A program made the translations under genes and the position numbers. A model generated the notes under the pieces. The model worked only from the letters and a program-made list of their open reading frames with translations, did not search any database and was not told where the DNA came from. Of a stretch of DNA of 64,000 nucleotides, positions 1 to 14,331 are shown in pieces. The stretch spans positions 544,001 to 608,000 of the forward strand of contig CBDBMG010000002.1 in assembly GCA_965207375.1 (NCBI GenBank), read 5' to 3'. Origin of the DNA: Nitrosopumilaceae archaeon (lineage in GTDB: Archaea; Thermoproteota; Nitrososphaeria; Nitrososphaerales; Nitrosopumilaceae). The first letter of the stretch is position 1. Each line of letters begins with the position of its first letter.

Positions 1-1
1 C

Positions 2-445
2 ACTAGTCAAGATCGGTGCATATATCCCGAGTGTAGAATTCTGTGTCGTCACATGTATAGTTGTGACGACACTTGCTATGACTATGGAAATGGGCATATA
101 TGCAAACATATCCACCGTGTACACTCTTTACAATACCATCAACAGCAAGGATCTGATGATGCCCAGGATCACAGTGTATTATCCTCCTACTGAAGAACCT
201 ACAGAAGATACCACAACTAGTCATGGTAAGCATCTGATATACAATGACATTGATCAACTGTGTATCAATACATTTAAGATAATAACTTGCATCTAGCAAC
301 TACTCATATACTTATGAATGAACTATGCATGTTACTCACAAATGACGAAGTGAAGCCATGCTTGGAGAATGTTAACTCATTACTGACTAATGCCATCTTG
401 AAGTGCAAGACAGCAATTGAACATGCTGAGAAGTCAACCTCCAGG
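2..445 (+). pseudogene. C-terminal remnant of a SWIM zinc-finger (MULE-type) transposase-like gene
   Basis: Frame from nt 2 reads ECRILCRHMYSCDDTCYDYGNGHICKHIH (SWIM-like CxC..CKH), followed by a stop/frameshift near 190 and a further exon-like piece at about 297-445. Truncated by the window edge. Confidence 0.55.
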
Positions 446-1000
446 TTATTAACCTGGATTTGATAAAAGGGTCAATAAATGGCTATCTGTTTGTGATGTC
501 TTTGTGGTAAAGTCCCGCCAGTATGTCATCAGGAATAATAAGCTCTATACATTTCCGTTGCTAATAGTGAATTGTTCGCTCGAAGAGATACCTCTAAAGG
601 TACAGTAAATCTACTACAACTATGGCGCTATACATAGTAAGCAAATTACCAATTTGTTTTAATTTTACCGTTCACACTAAAACTGATTTAACCTCACCAT
701 TCTTGGTTTATCGATATATATTTCATTAAAACATACTTACTATATCGCTCCAGAAGCACTTTTCTTCCTTTAAAACAATATAGTACGAGTTTTGGTGAAG
801 ACGCCATTTTTGTGAACATAAGCAATTGGTTACGTTTATCCACGCATGGCATGCATAATTAAAATAGTGACGTAGAAACATATGTCAAAAATGCTTTGAT
901 CTTAAATGGCTTCATTTTTGCTAGCTCAACTGCCAGGTAAATGTGAATGTACTATAGTGTGGTGGTTCTACTGTAATTATTATCATACGTATATACATAG

Positions 1001-4000
1001 GCTGGGTGCTTCAATAGTAGTAGCAGCAGGAACTGTTTTGCCTATGTTTGCAAGGAATTACTATAACCCACTCTGTTTCATCCAGTACCCTCATTCTGAT
1101 GTACCCCCGGTTCATTGGGAACAAGTACGACCACATACATCCACCATTAGTGTATTATATATTATCATCTCTGTTGAAATGTAGGTTTCACTGAGCTTTA
1201 CAGGCAATAGAGCTATCATTGGATCAGCCATATACACCAACAATCTTGACTTGTGTTCCTGGTATTCATTTGATCCACCATATTTTTACACAAACAGAAG
1301 CAATGTGCTACGGTGGCCTTTTGTTTCTTATGGCCAAGGGTACAAAATTATTGTAAATTATGCAGTAGATTATTGTTATTTTACATAGAGATGTAGTCAA
1401 CTTTAACATTAACTCTGGTCATAGCGAGCAGAACTCCTCAAAGCAAGTATTGGCTGTCCAGACACCAGCTTCTGATTTTACTGTCAATACAAAAGCTGTG
1501 CGGTAGCTCATTATGAATAATTATTTTATATTGTAACACATTGTTTTAGATTGCAGCTTATCCTGGAGAAATGATTCAGGTTTCCGTATCTCCTTATGAT
1601 GAACAAGATTATTTAACATCAGGAAACTTTCGAATTTCAGCAAATTTAGACAATAAGGTAGTTAAAAGAGATATATAATTAAACTGTAATTTCAAAAGTC
1701 ACATTTTCAGAATGCATTACTTGCTTTCAATCCCACTGCACAAACTATTAACCCTGCTGATTTAACATTTTCAGTGAAGTATAGAATGAAGAATGCTGTG
1801 GAAATTACTGATAAAATGTTGAAGAAAAATTACACTATTAAGCTGTCCACACTGAATACTCAATCTGTTGTTGTAAGTGTACTAATAATGAAAGCATATG
1901 TGACTATCCAACCAAAAAGGTAGCCTAACTTACACTCCTAAATTGCAATTCACTGCTTTATAAATTTGCTGGGAAAGACAAAGCTACAGAGTCCATATAA
2001 CAACAGAGCTAGTAGAGTAGACAGCACTCTATCATTGTTAAATGAGTTAACAATAAAAAGATTTAGCAAAATTGGAGGTGTAAACTGGGCTATTAGTCAC
2101 ATATCTCATATTACCATAAATGACAAAACTTTTGAGGAAGAAAATTTTCATAGTTTTCGCAGATTTTTAATAAACCATGACAGTTTTCCCTACTACGTAA
2201 TTTCAATACATGAAAGCTGCTTTTTTGTTCTTATTTAGCAAAACTGTGAAAGCTTTCCCTACGTACATTATGAGCAAACCCAATAAACCACAAAAGTTTT
2301 CCCTACTAATTTCAATACATGAAAGCTACTTTTGTTCTTATTTAGCAAAGCTGTGAAAGCTTTCTCTACGTACATTATGAGCAAACCCAATAAATCGCAA
2401 AATTTTTCTTCCTTGAAAGTTTATCTTTTACATTATCAAAGGTGTACCTCTGATATGTATGTATAGCTAGTACAAGATGATATGAAGCAGTTCAACCTTA
2501 CAATAAAGCCCTGTCCACCTGGCCATGTATTACACACCACTGAGAGCAAAGATAAGTATGAGTGTAGATGTGACGACACTGATGTGAATATTGTCAAATG
2601 TATACCAAATGAAAACAAGATAACATTAGAGGTGGGTATGTGTACACTACTATATGATTGTAGAATTTTGAGGACCAAGTATTTGTGATTTGCTAAATTA
2701 CCCCAAAAGGTACGTAAATATTTTAGGTTTTGTGAATTTAGGCTTTTTAGTATCACATGTAATGAACTTGATCATGAGGATAGATCATAGACTTTATATA
2801 AATATAAAGTGTTGTGATATGTAGGTAAATGTCTTGGCATGTAAAAGATATTATTATGTACGTGAACTATGTAACTATATAGCTAGCTAATAGCTAAATT
2901 TAGTATTAGTGTAAGAGATCATGGCACAAGCCTTATCATATAACGGGTTATCTTCATGAGGTGTGAATTTTCACAAATTTCACGAATGGCCTAAGGAGTC
3001 GTAAAATTTATGCTGAGCTGTTTCTAAAGTTTGATTGTGGGTTTTAGTCGGCACGTGGAATGTAAGCCATGCAGAGCAATGATTAAGTCGATTTTGGGAG
3101 CATGCTAAAGAGAATATCTCCTTATGGATGTTATGAATTTGGGCATAGATAGTATATATACCTCTGTGTCTGGTGGTAGCCAGTAAGCTGGCTCAGGGCG
3201 GTAGAGTTAACTCGCAGAAAAGAGATGGGGAACTACACTCCAGAATTCCAGGTGAAGGTTGCAAGGTCCTACATGTACACATGATGCCCAAATCGTGAAC
3301 TGTGAAGATTGCAATCACAGTAGCTCATTGCTTGATCTTTGCAAAATTTTGGTTACATAAGCTCAGGAGCCTTATAAATACTGTACAAATAGCTAGTTTG
3401 TACAGCATTTATGAGGCCACCTTTAATAATAGTTATAATTAACTCTACTTATGTAGCTACCTTTACTTTGCATGAAATTTTCAAGAATAATATTTTGATG
3501 GGTGCTCCAATAATCACAAATCACAAAACTTGTGTTCTCCTCAAAATAATTATATAATAATTATTGTATTATACATACATTCTGCAGGCAGGTCTTTGGG
3601 CTCATTATGTAAACAATGGTTCGGTGAATAGCATACTGGAGTATTATCATTGTCCACCTGGCTACTGCCAATGCAGACATTTGGATAAGACTTTAGAAAA
3701 ATGCAGTAGTGTCTATTCTTACAGTGATGAAAATTTTCAGTGTGTTTGTGACAGGAAAGGTACATACATCATGCATCTAGATGTAAACCTGTTACCCTGT
3801 ATAACAGGATTTTTGTGTGGGAAATGTCGAGATGATAAAGGAATAAGTGTTCTACTAAATAACTGCAAGTCCTGTGGCGCAGCAAATTTACTACTGATAC
3901 TAGCACTAGGTACATATGTACATATCTAGCTATACTTTAGAAAATGGTATGTTGGCAATGCTTTGAAGTTTAATCAAAATAGAAAATAGCAGTTTCTAGA

Positions 4001-7000
4001 CTTTGATAGAAGTATCTTAGTACTAAGATGCTTATTGGCTGACTACACACTATGTGCTATCTTTTCAATTAACATCAAAGCATTTTACAACCTCTTTTGA
4101 AATAAAACTGTCTTAAATCGCTGATACTATTACTACTACTACTGAAACAGCTTGAAAGCATCAGCTACTACTGCCTAGCTCGCTGATGCTTCTTGGTTGT
4201 CGATTTTATCAGCCATTATTGATTTACATGATATATTTGCATGATGCCAGCTAGGCATCCCCTTCAACTCTGACTTGAATTAACATATCAATGCCATACT
4301 GGTACAAATTTCTAACCTATTCATGTAGCTGCACTGTTGCTTGTACACTGAGAACTGTATTGTGCTTATAATTATTATAACGTCAAATTGCACATGAAGG
4401 TCATCAGTAGTGAGTGTATACATGCATGCATTTCACCTAGTTATTAAAGAAAATGCATACTGTACAATTATGGCATAACTTTTGAGCGGGAAAACTTTTG
4501 TGTTCTATGTATAAATGAGCATTTGTGGAAACTTTCATGGTAGAAGATGGCATTAAGAATCAAGCATAAGATGCTGAACCAAGCATGCCGTTTTTGCTTT
4601 GTATAAACATTATGCTTTGTATACATATTTTGTATATGCATGTGCTTATCAGGGTTGAAACCGGGTCACAAGTATTGATCCAGATGATCTGCTGACTCAT
4701 TGGCTTATATCTGTGACCTCAATGATGACCCAGATTAAAACAATTGCAGAACAACATAACTATTATACAGATTAACTTATACCATGAATTGTAGCATTAA
4801 TAAATCAATACTCTCTAATATAACAGTCACCAGCATTATTAGTGACTAATATATTAGAGAGTATTACAAACCAAGATTTTTGGAGTCACATGACCTGGAG
4901 AGAAAGTGACCCATCTGTCCCAAATATGTGGATTAACCTGACCCAGATTCACATTGTAGTAATACCGTGATATTTTTTGGAGACAATAACCGTATTGTGA
5001 AATATATAGTATTATTATGATATCGATATTACCAAGGTATTGACTGAGAAACTGCTGCATTTCATAGTTTATGAAATGAAGATGATGCAGGATGGAGCCT
5101 ATGGCTTCAGTGGTTGCTGGTTAACTATTTGCTATTTGTTAGTCTCGTGTGGTCAGACTCTTCTTCGCACAGGACATTTATCGCTTGCAGTATAAGCATC
5201 CACGCTTATACTATAAGCAATAAACACCCTGTGCTGAAATAGGGGGTATTAAGTACTTTATGATATTATGTTGATCAATACCGCCAAGCCCTAGTACGAT
5301 TACATATATTTTGATGAGGTATTGTTTTACAAATATACCAGTCCTAATTTTTATTAGAATCACTATCTAGTAGGGTTGGGCAATATTATTGCCACCACGC
5401 AAAATTAGGGTGTGAAAAATTAATATTGCAAGGATTTTTACATATCAATAATATCGCATAGGCAATATTTTATGTCTGATGGCTTAAACAGCAATCATCA
5501 CTACATGCTAGCTAGTTAATGAACAACAATTTTCATAGCTTTTACTAAGTACAGATATCGCCATATTCTTCTAATGTGGTAAGTATTCCGCTGCAACAAT
5601 CGCATTGTCTCTTGTTGCAATTATCGTAAGGAATATTTTCAGTATTGCCCAACCCTACTCTCTAGTACTCTCTCAGAAGACAAATGCATGGCCAGCCACA
5701 AATAATATCAAAATACTTATAAATTCATTAAATCATAATGTCAGTATTGAAAAATTCATGACAGTATCCTAAAATGATATTGCAGTATTACTGAAATTAG
5801 GTATATTGCAGAGCTCTAAGTAAAATGATGAATGTAGTCAGTCACCGTCTTGTGTTGAAACCGATGAAGCCATGAAGGTGGTGGAAATGAATAAAAGTTG
5901 GGGGACTACTGGATTATTAAAATAAATCAAGTCCAATCGACTGCTCTATTAAGGTAGTGACTGTTATATTAGAATATTTCAAGCATATATTGGAGGAGCT
6001 CTGCCCCTACATTTCAAAGTTGGGGGCTCTAGCCCCCACCTTCCACCGCCACTGGAGCCATAATATTTATACTGATGAGTATAGAGTTGCAAATGAAAGT
6101 GAGGGCAATTTGATGAAATCATAATGTTGAATTGTTGATAGCTAAAATTAATTAACATTGTAAAAATTGTTATATGACAGTCAGAATTTAACAAGATTCA
6201 CAGCTGTAAAAACCTCTGTGTTATAAGACCCATGTAATTATTTTAAAGAATGATCCTAATACTCGATCTTATTTTCATGCCATTGAAGAAGGCACAAGTT
6301 CTTTATAGATAGCACTAATGATTTGATTGATTCTTCTGTATTTGGCTAAGGCGCTTATAATCTGAACATCTATAAGCGGCTGGCACATAAATTGTTTTGC
6401 ATGGCTACGCAACACTTCAGGTAATAATACAAATTGTAGCTATATGTTCTAGGGAGAGGAAGAAGAGGAGCTTTAAAGTAGCTAATAATTTACTGCCATG
6501 ATTTTAAAACGGGTAGAATATTTGTAGTAAAATTTGTAATTTAGTAAAAATTGTGTTAGCTTTCCCACTCGAAAGTTTTGCTGTATACGGTAGTAAAAAT
6601 GTGTGATATATTCATGAAGTAGCTACTGCGTGTGTTTAACAAACACAATTTTTTTGAAAGCTGCTGTACACAAATTTATAATAGCTGCATATGTAGTATT
6701 TGGAAATTCTTTTCTATGACTCAGTCTGATCAAGGCTCACTGTTAGAGTTATTCACCCAATAATTAAATAAATATGATTGAACTGTATAACGATTATCAA
6801 CTATCAACTACTTACAGTAGATATGCATGTCATATAGTTATACATTATGTTTCAAATATTAGTGGTGGCAGAAACATTTCTCATAATAACAATTCTGATT
6901 CTCACAATTACAATACCACTTTGGCTTTTTCCATTGCTATTTTACCTACAGGTACGTATACATACATTGCTATTCTGTAACAGCTACATGGTAATACATG

Positions 7001-10000
7001 TAATCACAGGTTGTTCCAATTGTTGCACAAGATTTTCCAGCACCATTTGGTGTAGCACAAGCCTATGTGAGTTATAACAGTTCAAATCACATGGTTAAAA
7101 TATCACATTATCCATGGTGTGCAGTTGCAGTACATTAGTAGTGCTGCAAGTCTTTACTTCCCATATGACTTCTGTCTGTACTCTGGAATGACTGCAGCGG
7201 TCTCCTACAGCTTCAGATATATTCCATTCCTAATATCTATTATTATATCTACAATATTATACACAGCAAACAGGTATATATAACAATGTACTGTGCAATG
7301 ATCTGTTGCTTACATGCATACGCATGTACTGCATTTAGAAAATGTGGATTTGGTAAAAACTTGCGGTTGTCATGGAATGGACTGTGGCTTCTGTTGTTAC
7401 TACTGTACACAGATGTTGTGAACACATCGGTATCCATTCTAAATTGTCCAATACTTAGTGACTCAAGTGGAAAGAAAACTTCAGTATGACATCATATCTG
7501 ACCGGATTTTGGAGAATGGTTTTAAATCACATATGTAGCTAATTTGGTGTATTTCTAAGCATATTTCAATGTGTGCACATGTATTTCTGTATTTATAGAA
7601 TATTTCTTTAATCCTTCTGATGGTTTCAGCTATAAACTCTGCATATTAAGACCTATGAGTGATTTGGAACTGTTTTCCAAACTCTGGTCACATTTACATA
7701 ATTATTTTGTTGGTTTGTACATGGGCGAGATCAAAGAAAAACTGCACTTTATTTTCCATACTACAGCAAGTGTGCTGTATGGAAAATACAGTACAGTGGT
7801 TGGCAAATACAGCACGATGGGAAGTCCAGAGGTGTCAAGAATCTAATTAAGGGAGGGATTACCACAGACCACGTAAACAACACATCAGTAAACAACAGTA
7901 ATGTAGTCCTCAATGTTGGTTGATAATTTAGTAGCCTTTTGGCTGCACTATTCTATTCAATGCACTTACTGAACCCTGAAGGAAGCCAGTAGACATGGCT
8001 TTGCCACCCGCACGATATGATTGGCGAAAGATTTTTGCGAATCGATTTTTAGTAAGATGTAATGGCCCAGGATCTTGAGGTGATAATTCTTACCATTCTT
8101 ACCTGATTTAACAACAAATAAGCTAACAAATAAGAGCAAATCGATGCCACTCGACCCCACACCTCATGCTGTATTTTCTCGTACAACATTCATACCGGTG
8201 CTTTAACTAGTATGTACTGAAGTGTGCTAGTGCTTTTTATATTAACTTATGCAGAAGTGGTATGTTGATGGTACAGTGGAGTGCTATGTCAAAGAACATT
8301 TGCCACTGGCAAGCTTTGCCATTTTAGTGTTACTATTTTGTGTGCTAGTAATTTTGTTTATGGCAGCTGTTGTAAAGCGAAAGATAAAGGTCTGTAGTGC
8401 ACAATAGCTAGTTTCTTTGTTAATATTATTCTTCCATGTGTTAACAGAGGCACTGGGCATTTTCATTGTCAAACATCTTAAGAGCCCCATTTACTGATAA
8501 CCTGTATTGGTGGGCACCAGTTGATCTCCTAAGAAGACTATTATTTGTATTTCTAATAGTGATACTACCTGGAAATCTTGTGAGTTGTGAATATGATTGC
8601 TTGTGAGTAATATACATAATATGTAGCCAGGCCAGCGAAGTCAACCACGTCAGAGCACAAATTGCACTTAATTAAATATTCATGAACATCTTCAGTATCT
8701 TCATTCTGTAAGCTTTATAAGATCCTCCATTAAACTCTGCATTTGTGGTAAAAATTGTAGCTTGAAGAGCAGTTTACGTATTTCAATTTTGCATTAATAT
8801 ATATGTATACATTGTTGATTTTTGCAGGCCTGGTCACATATGTACATGTCTGCAGCTGCATTAGCCCTATAGCTACAGTATACGTACTTATGTAGCTGAA
8901 TATGATTACATATGTATAATTCACTGCAGGCTCCAGTGCTTCTACTGACTATGGTATATGTGGCAGTATTTGCATACCTTAAACCTTACCGTTCATTTTA
9001 TATTAATGTACTGGAAGTGTTCACACTAGTCGACATTATGCTTCAGCTGATAATAGCATCAACTCAACAGCTTAAGGTACGCCTGCTAGTTATAGATAGG
9101 CATGTCTAAAGTAACATACAGCAGTAAAGTTTAGTGGGGGAATAGCTTAGTTTTTCTGTGTTTGAGGAGGAAAAAAATTCGGAAATGGATGGATAATAAT
9201 TATTGAGTCAGAAGGTACTTAAATATTTTGTTGTTTTGTTTCGTTGTTGTAGTTTTTGCTTGCTTTTGTGTTGTATCTTATGTATGTAATTAGTTAGTTG
9301 TGTTTTGTGTATGTATTTTGTGTAATATAAGTAGTTACTATTTTTGTTATATATTTGTATGTATGTGCAGGGCTCCACTGAAAATCAGTTTTACTGAGTG
9401 GACTCCCTGTAAAAATATTACAATTACAATTATAATTAAAAGTGAAGTTTGGATGGTTTTTGTTTGGTGAATCGTAGATGATTCACCAAATTTGCCACCA
9501 AATTTTTTAAAATTTTTATTTTTTATTTTTTTGCCACCAAACTTTCCTGTTAGCTAAATGGTAGCTATTTATTGTTACGTATATTGCCATTTATAGGATC
9601 CAATATTAAGAACTGAAGGCGATTTCAAGAATTTGACAGATGATTGTGGAAAATTCAAAGACCTCAGTGAACATGCTACAATTCTAGTGCCGTTTTACTA
9701 CCTGCCACTGTTAATACTCATCCTACTGATTGTGAAACTGATAAGTACTCAAGTTTATGCAAATTTAATAAATTGGTTAGTCAACATGCATACATGTGTA
9801 CTTGACTGAGTCTGTGAAACACATAGGCGTATCTAGGAGGAAGTGTTTGGAGGGGCAAAGGGGGGGCAAGCCACTACTGAATAAATACAGTGTGCAAAGG
9901 GCATGTACATCCCCCTGGACAACTATAGCAACAATTTACATAACTATAGCTATATGATTATTCATTGCAAATACTGCTAGCTATATGCAACTACGTATAA

Positions 10001-13000
10001 GACTATAGCTAAGAGTAACAAAGCTGTAATTTACGAGGTGCCTGTTCAGCAAATACATCAATAATTTTCTCTATGTCTGGCATGATGTCTCTCTCAATAT
10101 TAAGAAGAGCTAAAGCAGTGAGCCTTTCTTGACCCATTGTGCTACGCAAGTAGCTTTTAAGGCGTCTTAAGCAGGAAAATGACCGCTCAGCTGAGCATGA
10201 TGTAATTGGTATTGTCCAAAAAATTTTCATCAGTTTGCATAACTCTGGAAGCACACTCTGCACTCCTCTGTCTTCTGCCATAAGTTTTCTTCGTTTGCAT
10301 AGTATTTTGTATCCTTTGTCATCTTCTCCTTGGACTGTGACACCACTTTGTTCTTTTTCCTTTTGTTTCATTAAATTAGTGTAAACTCTCAGTTCTGCTT
10401 TAAGATTGTCTTTATCTAAGTCATAAAACTCTGAAACTTGTTCAAGGGCTGTTTGTGATACACTAGAAATATTGTCAGCTAACAGCACTGTTTCAATATT
10501 CTGAACAATCATCATATCATTTTCACTAAATCGTTCTTTAAGTTGACTTATTATTACATCTAAAAGTGGGTAAAAACTTGCCACTTGATAGTAATGCTCA
10601 ACATTTCTGTATACTGGCTGTATCTCACCTCCTCCTAATCTTGAAGGTACTCTTCTCTGCCTTGGCAAGTGCGGAGGTTCTAATTCTAACTTCCTTGAAA
10701 TTTCTATAGCTTCTTTCCAGTACTTCTGGAATTCTGTGTCTGATCTCATTTCTGTTAAACTTTCTTGCACTGCACTAATTTTGCTGCGTGCTGCACATAT
10801 AGACAAATCAATATATTGCAAGTATTTAGAAAGTATCTTTGTAGTGTTGAAAACCTCATCCAGTATTACAAGGTTGAAGACAAAATCAAATGTGCAGATG
10901 GAATTCAATAAAGACTGTGCTTGAGCTCCAGATGATGGATCTTCATCAGTTATCTTTTGCAAAGATGTTATTACATCCTCAAGTCTTTTCTTTATTACTT
11001 TCAATGCCTCTGCTCGGCATGCCCAACGTGTATCCGAGAGACTCTTCAGAGTGAGTGATTTACATCCTGATTGCTTCTGTATCTCTTGAAACACAGCATG
11101 TCTTTTTGCTGATGCCTCCATAAAATTGTGCAATTCAGATATGGTACCAAAGGTATTTCTAGCTGCTATAACTGCTTTAGCAGCATCTACCAGCACTAAA
11201 TTAAGGATATGACCATTGCAATGTACATAAATTGCCCTTGGATTATCTCTCTTAATCCTTGCAGCCACCCCTTTGTACATGCCTCTCATATTAGCAGCTC
11301 CATCATAGCATTGAGCAACAATGTCATCAATATTAAGATCAAGTGTCATTAAAACTGTCTGTACAAGGTGATATAGTGATTCACCATCTGTTTGAGTGGC
11401 ACGAAAAAAGCCAATAAACCTCTCATTCACAACAAATTGAGGATTCATATATCGTAAAACTACTGCAGCCTGCTCATGTCTAGAAATATCTAAGGATTCA
11501 TCCAAAATCAAGGCAAACATTCTGGCATCCTTAATTTGATTGATTGTACTGTCCCTGATGTTCTCTCCTATGACATTCAGCAAGTCATTTTGAATACCAG
11601 GACTGGTATATGTTACATTTTTTTCTTTGTTAGCAAAAAAACGGCTTATTAAAGGGTTATTTTTAGCTTGAAACATTAAAAGTTCCAAAAAATTTCCTTT
11701 GTTTAGTGATTCTTCATTCTCACGGTGACCCCTTAATGAAATACCTTGTCTACCAATGAAAACAAGTGTTTCGACGATGTTCTTAAGATATTGTCTGTTT
11801 TCATCAACCACTTTTTTTTGTTGCTGGTTTATTAGACTCACCACATTCCTTTCAGGGTTGTGTTGTATTTGCTTACCAACTTCCCAGGCAAGAATTGCAC
11901 TTTTGTGTGCAACAGAACACTGATGTGCACGGAACTTCTCCAAGGCACTTTTCCAGTTTTGAAAACCATTAGATACAAAGGCTTCCTGATGATGACCTTT
12001 TGTGCCAAACACACGGCAAGGGAAGCAAAATGCTTTATTAATACTTGGGCTGTATTCCAACCATTTGAACTGAGTATACCACTGAGCACAAAAATGACGA
12101 CTATGACAATCAACAGGATACTGACACCTTGGTTGAAATGGACCGTGTCCTTCATGAAATATAGTAGCTGCAGCATCAACACCATTTGCAGGATCTCGTG
12201 AAGTAATTAACTGGTTGTTGCTGGAAGCAGTACTAGTGGTCTACATTACACGTGTTTAAATTTTAGATATTAATTGTAGCTAGCTATAGCTTACTCTGTC
12301 ATTGGTGGCAAGCTCACTACCCAGCTCTTAAGGTTGGTCTTCAATAGCGATATCGCTATCACTATCGCTAATTTCAAGATCAAAACTTGAGCTTGCCTCA
12401 TCAGTTGCTAATTCATTGCTGCTAGTAGAATTTTCTGTTGAGTCAGCGTTGCTTCCTTCCCTGTCTTCAACTAATTTTCGTTTCGCTACAAAATACTTAT
12501 CTAAGCCACTTGAACGCTTTGACATAGCATGTGCATTATTTGGAATTAGCATTATAATCGATTGTGGTTTTCACTTTTAGTGCTTGTTGTCTACTATCTA
12601 AAAAGGTGAATATTATATATAATTATTGTATGAGGTATATACAATAATATTTGTATTGTGTGTATGAACAGTGTGGTGAGTCTCTGCTTCTACTAGCTAG
12701 CTACCTGTTTTCTTGTGGCTGGATCATTAAAAATTTTAGGAGGGGCAAGAAAAGACTTAGGAGGGGCTTTGCCCCTCTTTGCCCCCCCTCAAATACGCCT
12801 ATGGTGAAACAGGTCTTATTTCATCCAATAAACCATACCTTCCCTTGCAAATAAGCAAAATTCGCAACATTTATACATTTTATGCCAAGTTTCTGTAGTG
12901 CCAAATTAATATTGCTGCATACATAGCTGTAGCTTACCCACAGAGTGAGCTAGGAGTTATAAAATTGGATGTGCATATAAGACCTATTTTGCAGACCCGA

Positions 13001-13258
13001 TGCTGTTATCATTGCTATAAGCTATAGTTGCATGTGTAGCTTGCTAATGTACAAGCAAGTAACCACTTGTTTAATTGCAGGTATTATAAAAATAAAAATA
13101 TGGCTGTGGATTATAGTGTTAATACTCAGCTGATAACTGCTGCAGAGCCTATAATGTCATCGTACATGGAATTTGATGAAAATGATAAAAAATTTAAGAT
13201 TATCTCTGGAAACTCTGTTGGCTCAGGAAGCAGGGGAAGAGTATCCCATGATTTTTAA
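1001..13258 (+). CDS. Multi-exon membrane protein: Pmp/right-handed beta-helix-like ectodomain, Cys-rich linker and multi-pass (about 7) TM region; 5' part not in view
   Basis: GT-AG exons at about 1001-1124, 1185-1339 (FTGNRAIIGSAIY, FxxN/GxAI Pmp-like), 1389-1497, 1550-1657, 1711-1872, 2469-2631 (CPPGHV..YECRC), 3587-3758 (CPPGYCQC), 3809-3909 (GFLCGKC..GISVLLN), 6857-6951, 7010-7066, 7131-7272, 7337-7482, 8256-8579, 8930-9075 (YLKPYRSFYINVLE), 9598-9774 and 13081-13258 (ends RVSHDF*). Confidence 0.8.
5140..5245. mobile_element. Truncated palindromic MITE with TAGTCTCG terminus (AcademH-type non-autonomous family)
   Basis: Starts TAGTCTCGTGTGGTCAGAC with an internal palindrome (GCACAGG..TTTAT..CTT..AGTATAAGC / GCTTATACT..AAG..ATAAA..CCTGTGC); same terminus as the element at 50264. 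Confidence 0.5.
5371..5657. mobile_element. hAT-type MITE
   Basis: TIR TAGGGTTGGGCAATA / TATTGCCCAACCCTA; flanks CTATCTAG / CTCTCTAG (8-bp TSD with one mismatch). Confidence 0.75.
9822..12803 (-). mobile_element. Full-length hAT DNA transposon in an intron of the membrane protein gene
   Basis: TIR CATAGGCGTAT / ATACGCCTATG with GGGGCAA subterminal motifs; perfect 8-bp TSD GTGAAACA at 9814-9821 and 12804-12811. Confidence 0.95.
10009..12525 (-). CDS. hAT transposase (TTF-type zinc finger, DUF4371/ZMYM1-like core, hAT dimerisation domain); one in-frame stop in predicted exon 1
   Basis: Predicted exons 12525-12295 and 12240-10009. Motifs WLEYS..AFCFPC, LRGH, ILDES.D, QCYDGA, VHCNGHILNL, TRW, SCSAERSFSCLRRLKSYLRSTMGQERL. 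TAA at 12330-12328 lies in frame within exon 1. Confidence 0.9.
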
Positions 13259-13500
13259 TACGTATACATCTAAAAAACTAATGTGTAGTTATGTGTAACA
13301 GTGTAGTCGATAAATAGTGTATTAAATTAAATAAATCATGTATGTGCAAACCACAGTAGTAGTTAAACTCTCTAATAGAATTCACACCAATTAGGCTTGT
13401 GGCAATTACGTATGCTTGGGCATAATGGGCCTTAAAAAGCATTGAGCATAATGCTCGCATAATAGGCAAAATTTCTAGCACACACCGCCATGCAGCATAC

Positions 13501-14331
<831 letters not shown>

